DNA of 64,000 nucleotides from Clostridioides phage LIBA2945: sequence record MF547663.1; one strand, 5' to 3'. Shown piece by piece: positions 19,472 to 27,853 of this stretch (position 1 is its first letter; each line of letters starts with the position of its first letter). The notes under the pieces were generated by a model. It saw only the letters and a program-made list of their open reading frames with translations, ran no database searches and was not told where the DNA came from. The position numbers and the translations under genes were made by a program.

Positions 19472-22400
19472 ATGGAAAAGTATCTTTTTAATCAAAAACT
19501 ATTAAAAGAAAAATATAATATGGAAATAGACCTAGACTTATATGACTATAAACAAAGACGATTAATTTTAGAAAAATGGAGAGATATAATTGATAATAAA
19601 TCTATTGATAAATTAAATGAAATTCAACTTAAGGAAATATTTGTATCGGATATTTTAAACAAAGTTCTTAGGTATAAAAGTCTTACGGACAATATAATGG
19701 ATTATAATATAAAACCAGAAGAAAAAACTAAGATTGATGGAACAAGAGCTGATATTGTACTAGGCTATTTTTCTAATGAAGAAAGTGACTATAGAGTAGC
19801 AATAGAATTAAAAAAACCAACAACTAATTTAGATGCAAAACAACTAAGAAAAAACAATCATAATACACCAGTAGAACAAGGGTTTTCTTACTTGCCTAAA
19901 TATGGAAGAAATTGCACATGGCTTATTGTCTCTAACTTCAAGGAAATTAGATTGTATAATGCTAATGATGCTACAGAGTATGAATTTTTTTCTATTAAAG
20001 ATATATATGAAAAAGATGATGTATTTAAAAAATTTTTATATCTTTTGTCATCTAAATCTTTAATGACCAAACATGGAAAATCTAGGGTTGAAGTACTTTG
20101 GGAAGAGAATATAAAGCAAGAGGAAGCCATAGAAAAAGGTTTTTATGACCTATATAAAAATACTAGATTAAATTTATTTAATGATATACTTTTAAATAAT
20201 AAAGATATTTTGGATGTAAAAACTTGTTTAACAAAGACACAAAAAATATTAGATAGAGTTATATTTGTTTGTTTTGCAGAACATAAAGGATTAATACCAG
20301 AGAATATCTTTGAAACATGTATTCAAGTAGGGAAAAAAAGTGTATCTAGGTTTGGAGTCTGGGAACAAGTAAAGGGTCTGTTTGAATCTATAGATTTAGG
20401 TAATCAGGAAAAGGGCATAAATCAATTTAATGGAGGTTTATTTGCAGAAGATTATATTTTGAATAATCTAAAGATACCAAATAAATGTTTCGAGAATTTA
20501 TACAAGTTATCTTTATATGATTTTAACAGTGATTTAAATGAAAATATATTAGGGCATATATTTGAAAAATCTATATCTGACTTAGAAGAACTAAAACTAG
20601 AAATAAATCAAGTTAATATTAAGAAAAAAGATAGTAAGAGAAACAAAGATGGGATATTTTATACTCCCAAATACATAACGAAACATATTGTTAATAACAC
20701 CATAAGAAGATATTTAGATGAGAAGAAAAAAGAATTAGGCGAAGATAAACTTCCAGAACTAAAAGAAGAAGATTATGAAACAGTTGTGGTTGGTAGGAAT
20801 ATACAGCATAAGCGTGTACAAGTTGTAGAATATAAAACTGATAAAATTCAAAAATATATAAACTTTTGGAAAAATTATAGAGACGTTGTAAAAAATATAA
20901 AAATTTTAGACCCAGCTTGTGGAAGTGGAGCTTTTTTGAATGAGGCTTTTTCTATGTTAAAAAAAGAAGCTGAATCAGTAAACGAAATACTTCGTGATTT
21001 AACCGATGGTGAGATATCATTTTTTGACTTAGATGCTAATATATTAAAAAATAATTTATATGGAGTTGATTTGAATGAAGAATCTGTGGAAATAACTAAA
21101 TTGTCTTTATGGCTTAAAACAGCTAACAAGTATAGTTTATTAACTAGCTTAGATAATAATATAAAATGTGGAAATTCTATTATTGATAACAAAGAGGTTG
21201 ATTGTGCTAAAGCTTTTGATTGGAATGTTGAATTTGAAGATGTAATGATGTCAGGAGGGTTTGATATTATTATTGGAAATCCTCCATATGTTTCAACTAA
21301 AATGATTCCAGAAAAGCACAGAGAATATTATTGGAAAAAATATAAAGATTTACTAATTAGTGAAATGGATTTATATGAATTATTTTTATATGAGTTTTGC
21401 GAAAATAAATTAAAGCAAGATGGATTTTTGGGATTTATAACACCTAATACGTATTTCACAAATAAAAGCTTTGAAAATTTAAGAAAATATTTACTTAAAA
21501 ATGTATGTGTTGATACTATTTTAGACTTTCCATATAGATTTTTTCCTTTTGAGGATGTAAACAAGGAAACCGCTATAATTATAATTAATAAAAAATTGCC
21601 GAATATTAAAAATAATATAAATCTTATAAGTATAAATAAAGAAAATATGAAAAAGATTAAGATTTTCAATAGTAATACATACAACTCTGAAAATAAAATT
21701 ACTATAAAAAGTATTATAAATGATTTGGATAATAAAATTGTGATACAAAGCAACCCAATAATATTAAAAATGCTCAAATGTAAGCATAAATTAGGGGATT
21801 ATTTAAATTTACATAAAGGTTGGATGAGTGTCCCTAATAAAACAATTTGTGATGGAATTATATATGATAAGAAAATATTAAGTAGTAATGATATAAAAGA
21901 TAATAACCAATTAAATGGAATTTTAAATAAATGTTTGGAAGGTAAGGATATACATAGATACTATATTGATAAAGTAGATAAATTTGTAAATATTGAAAAC
22001 ATGGATGACAAAACTATGAGGTGGCACAAATCACCTAAGATAATAACACAAAGAATAGTTGGTCAAAATCAAAATAAGATAATTGCAACAGTAGATATTG
22101 AAGGTACTATAATATTCCCTAGTGGAAATATCATAAATTTAATTAAAGAAGATAATTTGGAAGATATATATTTTTATATAGGAGTTATAAATTCTAGTTT
22201 AATAAATTACTTTTATAATAAATTTTATGGAGAATCAAATACCAACTTGACAGCAGATGCAGTAAAAAATATACCAATACCAAATTTAAAAAATGTTGAT
22301 AAATCAATTATTATAAATAATAGTAAAATACTAATAAATAAATATGGTAAATTATACTTATACACTAATAAATTTTTGAAAAATGTATTTAAGATATTGA

Positions 22401-22699
22401 GCATAGATAATAATCCATCTAATAAATTATATAATTTTTATTTATTAGATTTTGATGAATTTTACAATGAACTTAGCAAAAAAAAGAAGCTTTATTTTAA
22501 GAATATTGATGAGTTAGAGGAATATTTTAATAAGTACAAAGATGCTATTAATAGAATCATATACGATATAAATGTATGCGAAAATACAATCAATACTTTT
22601 GTATATGATTTGTATGGTATAATTGAGCTAGAAAGTAAATCTATAGAAGATATATGTAAGACAACAAAAGACACTGTGGTTACAAGTTTAGCTTATTAA
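19472..22699 (+). CDS. Type IIL (MmeI-like) restriction-modification enzyme: N-terminal PD-(D/E)XK nuclease + N6-adenine methyltransferase + TRD
   Basis: DGTRADIVLGY...VAIELKKP fits the MmeI-type D-x(n)-E-x-K catalytic motif. ILDPACGSGAFL is methyltransferase motif I (AdoMet binding) and IIIGNPPYV is motif IV (NPPY). At 1075 aa the gene is somewhat longer than MmeI-family enzymes (about 920 aa). No helicase or Res partner is present. Confidence 0.75.
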   Translation: MEKYLFNQKLLKEKYNMEIDLDLYDYKQRRLILEKWRDIIDNKSIDKLNEIQLKEIFVSDILNKVLRYKSLTDNIMDYNIKPEEKTKIDGTRADIVLGYFSNEESDYRVAIELKKPTTNLDAKQLRKNNHNTPVEQGFSYLPKYGRNCTWLIVSNFKEIRLYNANDATEYEFFSIKDIYEKDDVFKKFLYLLSSKSLMTKHGKSRVEVLWEENIKQEEAIEKGFYDLYKNTRLNLFNDILLNNKDILDVKTCLTKTQKILDRVIFVCFAEHKGLIPENIFETCIQVGKKSVSRFGVWEQVKGLFESIDLGNQEKGINQFNGGLFAEDYILNNLKIPNKCFENLYKLSLYDFNSDLNENILGHIFEKSISDLEELKLEINQVNIKKKDSKRNKDGIFYTPKYITKHIVNNTIRRYLDEKKKELGEDKLPELKEEDYETVVVGRNIQHKRVQVVEYKTDKIQKYINFWKNYRDVVKNIKILDPACGSGAFLNEAFSMLKKEAESVNEILRDLTDGEISFFDLDANILKNNLYGVDLNEESVEITKLSLWLKTANKYSLLTSLDNNIKCGNSIIDNKEVDCAKAFDWNVEFEDVMMSGGFDIIIGNPPYVSTKMIPEKHREYYWKKYKDLLISEMDLYELFLYEFCENKLKQDGFLGFITPNTYFTNKSFENLRKYLLKNVCVDTILDFPYRFFPFEDVNKETAIIIINKKLPNIKNNINLISINKENMKKIKIFNSNTYNSENKITIKSIINDLDNKIVIQSNPIILKMLKCKHKLGDYLNLHKGWMSVPNKTICDGIIYDKKILSSNDIKDNNQLNGILNKCLEGKDIHRYYIDKVDKFVNIENMDDKTMRWHKSPKIITQRIVGQNQNKIIATVDIEGTIIFPSGNIINLIKEDNLEDIYFYIGVINSSLINYFYNKFYGESNTNLTADAVKNIPIPNLKNVDKSIIINNSKILINKYGKLYLYTNKFLKNVFKILSIDNNPSNKLYNFYLLDFDEFYNELSKKKKLYFKNIDELEEYFNKYKDAINRIIYDINVCENTINTFVYDLYGIIELESKSIEDICKTTKDTVVTSLAY

Positions 22700-22712
22700 T
22701 GAACAATTAGAA

Positions 22713-22737
22713 GGTCTACTTAAAGTAGGCTTTTTTT
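22713..22737 (+). terminator. terminator after the RM gene
   Basis: Hairpin followed by a T7 run. Confidence 0.6.
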
Positions 22738-22746
22738 GTTATAATT

Positions 22747-22776
22747 CAATGATGACAGAGGTATGACAAGTATAAT
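22747..22776 (+). promoter_or_regulatory. direct-repeat motif copy 3
   Basis: caATGATGACAgaggtATGACAAGTATAAT. Confidence 0.4.
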
Positions 22777-22794
22777 TTAAAAAAGAGGTGTATA

Positions 22795-23244
22795 TTAATT
22801 ATCCTCTTTTAGTCGTTCATATGCATTATCTATCATTCTCTCTATAGCTTTTCTATCCATTTCATCTAGTTGCATATATTTTTTAAGAACTTCTTTGACT
22901 TCATTATTGTAATCAGTATTTTCTAAGAATTTATTCATATCTTCTAAAGATTTAATGTCTTTTTTCCCATCAAGTATATCATAGATGGAATTATCTTCAC
23001 ATACGATTGATGGCATACCAGGTATATTTGCACTGACTGAATAGTTGGTTTTTGTATGACCTAAAAGATAATCTGTAGTGACATTAAAGTATTCAGCTAG
23101 TTTAACTATAGACTCTGCTGGTGGAGTTCTTTGGTCGTTTTCATACATACCTATAGTGCTTTGTGATACATTTAATATTTCAGCTAATTCATGTTGCTTT
23201 AATCCAAACTTAATTCTAAGTTTTTTTAATCTTTCTCCAAACAT
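22795..23244 (-). CDS. XRE-family HTH transcriptional regulator (repressor-like)
   Basis: LKKLRIKFGLKQHELAEILNVSQSTIGMYENDQRTP is a canonical Cro/C1-type HTH. Confidence 0.8.
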   Translation of the reverse strand: MFGERLKKLRIKFGLKQHELAEILNVSQSTIGMYENDQRTPPAESIVKLAEYFNVTTDYLLGHTKTNYSVSANIPGMPSIVCEDNSIYDILDGKKDIKSLEDMNKFLENTDYNNEVKEVLKKYMQLDEMDRKAIERMIDNAYERLKEDN

Positions 23245-23304
23245 TTTTCACCTCCAAGATATCTTTATAATTATTATACCACATAAAGTAATAAAATATT
23301 ATAC

Positions 23305-23333
23305 TTGACATTACATTATGTGGAGTGTATTAT
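23305..23333 (+). promoter_or_regulatory. sigma-A-like promoter (TTGACA-17-TATTAT) in the divergent region
   Basis: Seen directly. A 12-bp palindrome (agctgatataat ... attatatcagct) at 23425–23467 lies between it and the antirepressor gene. Confidence 0.45.
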
Positions 23334-23504
23334 AAAAATATAAATTACTTTAAGTGATAAAATTACTTTTAGTAATTAAAAAGAAGCCTTACAAACTTTG
23401 GACGGCGAGTAAGACTTCTTAAATAGCTGATATAATTATCAACTTGAATAGAATGATTATATCAGCTTCTTATAAAAAATACAACTTATAAGGAGGGATT
23501 AATT

Positions 23505-24548
23505 ATGGAGATAATTAATAGAGAAAATGAAAAAAGAATAATAAGCTTTAACAATGAATTATTTGGAGAAATAAGAACAATTAGAATTGAAAATGAACCC
23601 TATTTTGTCGCAACAGATATTGCAAAAGCTCTTGGGTATAAGGACACAACAAATGCAATTAAACAACATTGTAGGTGGGTGGTGAAACACCACATACCTC
23701 ACCCACAAAGTAAAACTAAAACTTTGGAAGTGAATATAATACCAGAAGGTGATATGTATAGATTAATTATAAATAGCGAATTACCAAGTGCTGAAAAATT
23801 TGAGCGTTGGGTATTTGATGAAGTTCTTCCATCAATAAGAGAACATGGAGCTTATATGACTAATGAAGCATTAGAGAAGGCAATCAATGACCCAGATTGG
23901 ACTATAAAATTACTTACAGAACTAAAGAAAGAGAGAGCTACTAAAGAAAAGTTAAAAGTAGAGCAAGAGAAAAATAAACCTAAACTTGAACTAGCTAATG
24001 CTATAGAAAGTTCATCAAGCTCAATACTAATTGCTCAACTATCTAAGATATTAAATCAGAATGGAGTAGATATAGGGCAGAATAGATTGTTTGAGTGGAT
24101 GAGAAATAATGAATATCTAATTAGGAAGAAAAGAGCTGACCATAATACTCCAACTCAAAAGTCAATGGATTTGAAAGTATTAGAGGTTTCTGAGAGTACT
24201 GGGATAGATAAAGATGGAAATACTGTAATAAGACAAACTCCTGTTGTAACTGGAAAAGGACAAATATATTTTGTAAATAAGATATTGAAAGAGAATAACA
24301 AAGTACTTAAGAGATTCATGATAAATAATGATTACATAAGAGGAGTTATGGTTGAGATAGGTAAAACATATGCTATATATGACCATGAGTACTATGGATT
24401 TATTGGTATATTAAAGAGTGTAAGAAATGAGAAAATAAGAGTAGAAAAAATAGGAGATGTTTCTAGCAGTAGGGATATTCCAATCTGTATGATAGATTAC
24501 ATAGAAGAAGCTAGTAAAGAAGATATTAATAAATATTTGAGTAAATGA
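23505..24548 (+). CDS. phage antirepressor (Bro-N + ANT/KilAC-like)
   Basis: GEIRTIRIENEPYFVATDIAKALGYKDTTNAIKQHC is a Bro-N signature. Confidence 0.7.
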   Translation: MEIINRENEKRIISFNNELFGEIRTIRIENEPYFVATDIAKALGYKDTTNAIKQHCRWVVKHHIPHPQSKTKTLEVNIIPEGDMYRLIINSELPSAEKFERWVFDEVLPSIREHGAYMTNEALEKAINDPDWTIKLLTELKKERATKEKLKVEQEKNKPKLELANAIESSSSSILIAQLSKILNQNGVDIGQNRLFEWMRNNEYLIRKKRADHNTPTQKSMDLKVLEVSESTGIDKDGNTVIRQTPVVTGKGQIYFVNKILKENNKVLKRFMINNDYIRGVMVEIGKTYAIYDHEYYGFIGILKSVRNEKIRVEKIGDVSSSRDIPICMIDYIEEASKEDINKYLSK

Positions 24549-24648
24549 TTTTGTGGAAATAGGAGTTTTGGCTTCTATTTCCTTTTGTAGTATAAATTTT
24601 CCTTTAGAATTGATACAATTAATGTATCAGAATAAAGGAGATAATGTT

Positions 24649-25809
24649 ATGTTAATAAGTGAATATATTAAAGATAATAGATGTGGGAAAAAAAGTAAAT
24701 TATATTTCAAAAAGCTTGAAGAAATAAAACAAGAATTTATTAATAGAGATTTAGAATATTTGTTGTTAACAACTTGGGACGAAGAAATCTCATGTATGAT
24801 GAAAACTGGAAGAGATTTGGATAAGTTAAAATATAGGGATGGATTTAAGGAAATAAACAATTTATTTGATAGCATATCAGAAGAAATAAGAGATGAATAT
24901 AAAGAAAAAGATACATATACAATGTTTTTTAGCAGTTGCTCTAAAGAAAAATATTATATAGCTTGTGAGTTAGCCAATAGTGCTTATAAACATATAATAC
25001 TTCCTAATATATTTGAAGATGACAAAAGTGTAAATCACAAAGTTGTGTTTAAAAAAGAACAAAAAAAAGAAATAGCATTAATGTTGAAACTTATTTCTAG
25101 CTATATGCAACATGGGTTTTCAGGTTATAAAATTTATGATACAGATATAAAATTTATAGAAAATCTATGTTTGTTTGAGGGTAAAAAGGTTTGTTATCCA
25201 AAACCAAATAATTTAACACATTTTTTAGGAGATATTTCTAGGTCTGATAATGACCCAATAGAAATACTTCATGCTAGAAATGTAATAAACAAAATAATGG
25301 AAAAAGGGTATTTTGATAATGAATTTGAACTAGTGTATTTTTTAAGAGGGAAAATAATGACTCCAATGCAAAATAAGTATGAGAAAATTGATACATCATC
25401 ATTAGAAAAAATAAATTATTTAGAAGAAAAAGCGCTTATCCAGAAAAAAATGATTTTAAATGATGAAATGGCTTATAAATGGAAAAGTGAGATTAATATG
25501 TTTAAAGTAATTTGTAAAAAGTTTAAAGATGCAACACATCAATATAGACCTGAGTGGTTAAATGGTCAAACTTTAGATGTATTTGTTCCCTCTATTAATT
25601 TGGCTTTTGAGTATCAAGGACAACAACATTTTAAGAGTGTAGATTTTTTTGGAGGGGAAGAAACTCTTGAAAAAAATAAATTAAGAGATAAAAAAAAGAA
25701 AAGGCTATGTGATGAAAATAATGTTAAATTAATTTATTGGAATTATGATGAACCAATAACTACTATAGTATTAAAGAAAAAATTAAAAGAAAATAATGTC
25801 GAATTGTAA
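24649..25809 (+). CDS. hypothetical protein with C-terminal DUF559/Vsr-like PD-(D/E)XK endonuclease-fold domain
   Basis: Start at ATG 24649 (SD aaaggag). The C-terminus (LDVFVPSINLAFEYQGQQHF ... RDKKKKRLCDENNVKLIYW) matches the D...E-x-DG..H ... D..R...L...G pattern of DUF559-type domains. First of three cassettes sharing the leader repeat. Confidence 0.5.
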   Translation: MLISEYIKDNRCGKKSKLYFKKLEEIKQEFINRDLEYLLLTTWDEEISCMMKTGRDLDKLKYRDGFKEINNLFDSISEEIRDEYKEKDTYTMFFSSCSKEKYYIACELANSAYKHIILPNIFEDDKSVNHKVVFKKEQKKEIALMLKLISSYMQHGFSGYKIYDTDIKFIENLCLFEGKKVCYPKPNNLTHFLGDISRSDNDPIEILHARNVINKIMEKGYFDNEFELVYFLRGKIMTPMQNKYEKIDTSSLEKINYLEEKALIQKKMILNDEMAYKWKSEINMFKVICKKFKDATHQYRPEWLNGQTLDVFVPSINLAFEYQGQQHFKSVDFFGGEETLEKNKLRDKKKKRLCDENNVKLIYWNYDEPITTIVLKKKLKENNVEL

Positions 25810-25871
25810 TAATTTTCCTAATAGTATATTCTTGATATAATTGAAGTATCAGGATAGGGGGAGATGTTATG
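25786..25871 (+). repeat. roughly 85-bp direct repeat (leader unit, copy A); copy B at 26725–26811; a shorter copy at 24595–24651
   Basis: aaagaaaataatgtcgaattgtaataattttcctaat.gtatattcttgatataatt...gtatcag.ata...ggg.gatgttATG. Contains an extended -10 (cTTGATATAAT) and the SD. Confidence 0.8.
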
Positions 25872-26579
25872 GAAGAATATTTAGGTCATTTTATTTTAAT
25901 AGGGCTAGGTGTAGGATATATTATTGTTTATTGCTTTATAAGAAACGTAATGGATAATGCTAAAGAAAAAGAAGCTAGATTAGAAAGAATAGCAGAAAGA
26001 AATAGAGAAAAAACAAAGGTGGAAAAGGCTATACAAAAAAATATTTCAATGGCTAAATGTCAAGCTTTTGGTAATTCAAACAGTGACAGTGTGATATTAA
26101 GCAATAATGGTAAAATATCTATCATTCATGCTGGATTTAAGACAGCAGTTAAAAAAAATATAGAAGATTTAGTAAGCATTAAGTTTAGCATGCAAGTTAG
26201 TGAAAAAAATCAGATGAGGATAATATCTATAGTTCCTACATATGATAAATATACTTTTGTAGAAAAAATATATTTAACTTTGATATTTGAACTTAATACT
26301 TATGAAGTATTTTATATTCCAGAACATAAAAATATAAATAATGCAGATATTCAAGAAAAAATAAAAGAAATGGAAAGATTTAAATTAGTTGTAGAGAATG
26401 AAGCAGCTAAATTTAAAAATGCTAAAATAGAAAGCAATAATGATATAAAAAAAGATGATGATGATATATCAAAAATTTCAAATTCATTAAAAGAATTACA
26501 CAGTTTGAAAGACCAAGAGATATTAACAGAAGAAGAATTTAATGAAAAGAAAAAAGTATTATTAGAGAAAATTAAATAA
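25869..26579 (+). CDS. membrane protein with C-terminal SHOCT domain
   Basis: N-terminal TM helix (HFILIGLGVGYIIVYCFI). C-terminal KDQEILTEEEFNEKKKVLLEKIK matches the SHOCT motif. Confidence 0.55.
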   Translation: MEEYLGHFILIGLGVGYIIVYCFIRNVMDNAKEKEARLERIAERNREKTKVEKAIQKNISMAKCQAFGNSNSDSVILSNNGKISIIHAGFKTAVKKNIEDLVSIKFSMQVSEKNQMRIISIVPTYDKYTFVEKIYLTLIFELNTYEVFYIPEHKNINNADIQEKIKEMERFKLVVENEAAKFKNAKIESNNDIKKDDDDISKISNSLKELHSLKDQEILTEEEFNEKKKVLLEKIK

Positions 26580-26586
26580 AAATATT

Positions 26587-26613
26587 AAGACAGTATACTA
26601 ACTGTCTTTTTTT
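26587..26613 (+). terminator. terminator (trailer copy 1)
   Basis: aagacagt ... actgtctt hairpin followed by a T7 run. Confidence 0.7.
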
Positions 26614-26637
26614 ATGCTTTAAAAAGGAGTTGGTTAA

Positions 26638-26748
26638 ATGGCAGAAGAATTTAAGATTAAGACCAGTATAGAACTTGATGATAAAAAAGCTAGACAACAA
26701 TTAGCATCATTACAAGCGTCAGCAAAAGAAAATAATGTCGAATTGTAA
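26638..26748 (+). pseudogene. duplicated 5' fragment of the tape-measure gene fused in-frame to the 3' end of the DUF559-like gene
   Basis: MAEEFKIKTSIELDDKKARQQLASLQASAKENNVEL* compared with the TMP start MVEEFKIKTSIELDDKEAREKLEKLK. The last 7 codons (KENNVEL*) equal the end of ORF 24649..25809. Confidence 0.8.
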
Positions 26749-26808
26749 TAATTTTCCTAATCGTATATTCTTGATATAATTAATGTATCAGAATATAAGG
26801 GGGATGTT

Positions 26809-27792
26809 ATGTTTAAGAAGATATTATTGATTGGGATTGTGAGTATATTAGGATTTGGAGTTGTAGGATGTAGTGATAGTAATAAAAATGAAGTAGTAAA
26901 AAAAGAAAAAAAAGAGGTATCATTAGAAGGGCTTACTCATATTATGAAAAACTATGATAAAATGACAGATTATTCTATAGATAAATTTTCTAATGAAGAG
27001 GAAAATGATTTTAATAAAGAGAATTGCATAATAGATGACAATGATGAAAAAACAAAAGAGGCATTAGAAATTACAGATAAAACATCTAAAGATATGAATG
27101 AATTGATTGCTTTATCTAAAGAATACAAAAAGAATGATTTAAATGACACAAAAAAGAAATTTGAAGATAGAATGGATGAATTCAAATCAGATATTAATTC
27201 TTATATGGTAGATATAACTCCATTTGAAACACCTGAAAGTTTGTTAAAAGAACTTGAAGAAAAGGAAAATGAGAAGATTATTTGGAAGGAGAGAAAATTT
27301 TTTATCATTGATAAAAAATTAGATAGTAAATTTATGGACTCGGAAAACAGGCCAATAAATAGTTGGTTTAAAAGTAATTATGACTTAAGAAAATTTCAGA
27401 TAGATTTTCAAAATACAGTATTAACAGGAAATGAACAGTTGAAAAAAAACTTTGATAACATAAAAATGAATATTGATGATAATAACTCTCATGAATTATT
27501 AAAGAATCAGACTAAATTAAAAAAAATTATAAAATATTGGGGTTCAGAATTATATGCTATGAATTCATATATTAGAAGTAATGAAATTACTTTGAGTGGG
27601 AATATGAATATACTTCTTTCTAAATTTGAAGAAGAAATTAGGTGTTATAGGACTATAGAATCTTCATTCTCACATGATTTAAAATCGACAAAACAGAATT
27701 TAGATAATGATAGTACAATGATGCCTTCTTATATAGAAAGTGCAGAAAAATATTATAATGACATAAAAGAAATGGAAACTTATTGGAATTAA
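26809..27792 (+). CDS. lipoprotein (signal peptide + lipobox)
   Basis: MFKKILLIGIVSILGFGVVGCSDS has a signal peptide with the lipobox cysteine. Rest is charged/coiled. Moron position. Confidence 0.55.
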   Translation: MFKKILLIGIVSILGFGVVGCSDSNKNEVVKKEKKEVSLEGLTHIMKNYDKMTDYSIDKFSNEEENDFNKENCIIDDNDEKTKEALEITDKTSKDMNELIALSKEYKKNDLNDTKKKFEDRMDEFKSDINSYMVDITPFETPESLLKELEEKENEKIIWKERKFFIIDKKLDSKFMDSENRPINSWFKSNYDLRKFQIDFQNTVLTGNEQLKKNFDNIKMNIDDNNSHELLKNQTKLKKIIKYWGSELYAMNSYIRSNEITLSGNMNILLSKFEEEIRCYRTIESSFSHDLKSTKQNLDNDSTMMPSYIESAEKYYNDIKEMETYWN

Positions 27793-27803
27793 ATAAAAAC
27801 ATT

Positions 27804-27830
27804 AAGGCAGTCAATTGACTGTCTTTTTTT
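27804..27830 (+). terminator. terminator (trailer copy 2)
   Basis: ggcagtcaattgactgtc palindrome followed by a T7 run. Confidence 0.7.
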
Positions 27831-27853
27831 ATACAAAAAAAGGAGTTGAGTAG

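Noticed and set aside
19472-22699. Possibility that the large methyltransferase is BREX PglX
   Set aside because: No PglZ, BrxC/PglY, BrxA/B or BrxL homologues are present anywhere in the window. An N-terminal PD-ExK nuclease motif fits a stand-alone Type IIL enzyme instead.
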